A stretch of DNA of 24,461 nucleotides from a virus (Duplodnaviria; Caudoviricetes), in IMG/VR virus record IMGVR_UViG_3300044274_000328, positions 1 to 24,461 of that record. One strand, 5' to 3'. Made by a program: the position numbers and the translations under genes. Below, piece by piece: positions 24,178-24,461 of the stretch. Below the pieces are notes generated by a model, which worked only from the letters and a program-made list of their open reading frames with translations, was not told the origin of the DNA and ran no database searches. Position 1 is the stretch's first letter, and every line of letters begins with the position of its first letter.

Positions 24178-24461
24178 ATACGATGGGAGAGATCGAGGGG
24201 TACTTCGACCAGTACGGGCCAATCGCTTTAGAGGTCGTTAGTGGTGAGGATGCCAACATCCACCTGGGGCTACCGCAGAGTAATACTCAAGTATGCTGGC
24301 AGATATGTCAGACAATGAGATGGCCCGAATTCAACCTATTTGAAAATCACGATTTCCAGGCCGTAGAGGCTCTCGGCACCCGAGACATGTGTTTGGCATA
24401 CGGACTGATCGCTTTTCTACGGTGGCAGGTGTTCACATTGGCAAGCGACCGTGGTGTGGGG
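24174..24461 (+). CDS. Hypothetical protein, truncated by the window end
   Basis: ATGA overlap, then a frame open for 96 codons to the window edge (MNTMGEIEGYFDQYGPIALEVV...). Confidence 0.6.
   Translation, partial: MNTMGEIEGYFDQYGPIALEVVSGEDANIHLGLPQSNTQVCWQICQTMRWPEFNLFENHDFQAVEALGTRDMCLAYGLIAFLRWQVFTLASDRGVG

Larger units (their letters stand above)
1..24461. mobile_element. Temperate-type bacteriophage (or prophage) early/DNA metabolism and lysogeny region
   Basis: Dense co-oriented phage-type genes (rIIA/rIIB, T7-like PolA, ThyX, NrdJ, integrase, repressor), several with 4-nt stop/start overlaps. No bacterial housekeeping context is visible. Confidence 0.95.

Noticed and set aside
1-24461. 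tRNA, rRNA or iteron-type replication origin
   Set aside because: No cloverleaf-like sequence or tandem iteron array was seen in the short intergenic gaps.

Overview
The whole window is a tailed-phage early/replication module, almost entirely on the minus strand. In transcription order it carries rIIA, rIIB, small or secreted ORFs, an SNF2 helicase, an HD phosphohydrolase, a T7-like PolA, a DEDDh exonuclease, a Cas4-like nuclease, a putative SSB, a beta-helix protein, a RecD/Dda helicase, a GIY-YIG protein, a MazG-dNMP kinase fusion, ThyX, an HTH protein, class II RNR, glutaredoxin and dUTPase, then an Xre/S24 repressor, an Xis-like protein and a tyrosine integrase. A divergent plus-strand unit starts near 23970. 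From memory and not checked, the gene set resembles phiCbK-like / roseophage DSS3phi8-like alphaproteobacterial phages. The strongest unannotated signal is a 17-bp palindrome, TGTCA-N7-TGACA, with 7 perfect copies and about 10 degenerate ones at gene junctions across the module. It co-occurs with a CI-like repressor whose S24 catalytic Ser/Lys residues appear lost, suggesting a distributed operator/roadblock network with SOS-independent control. All calls come from reading motifs by eye; no searches were run.
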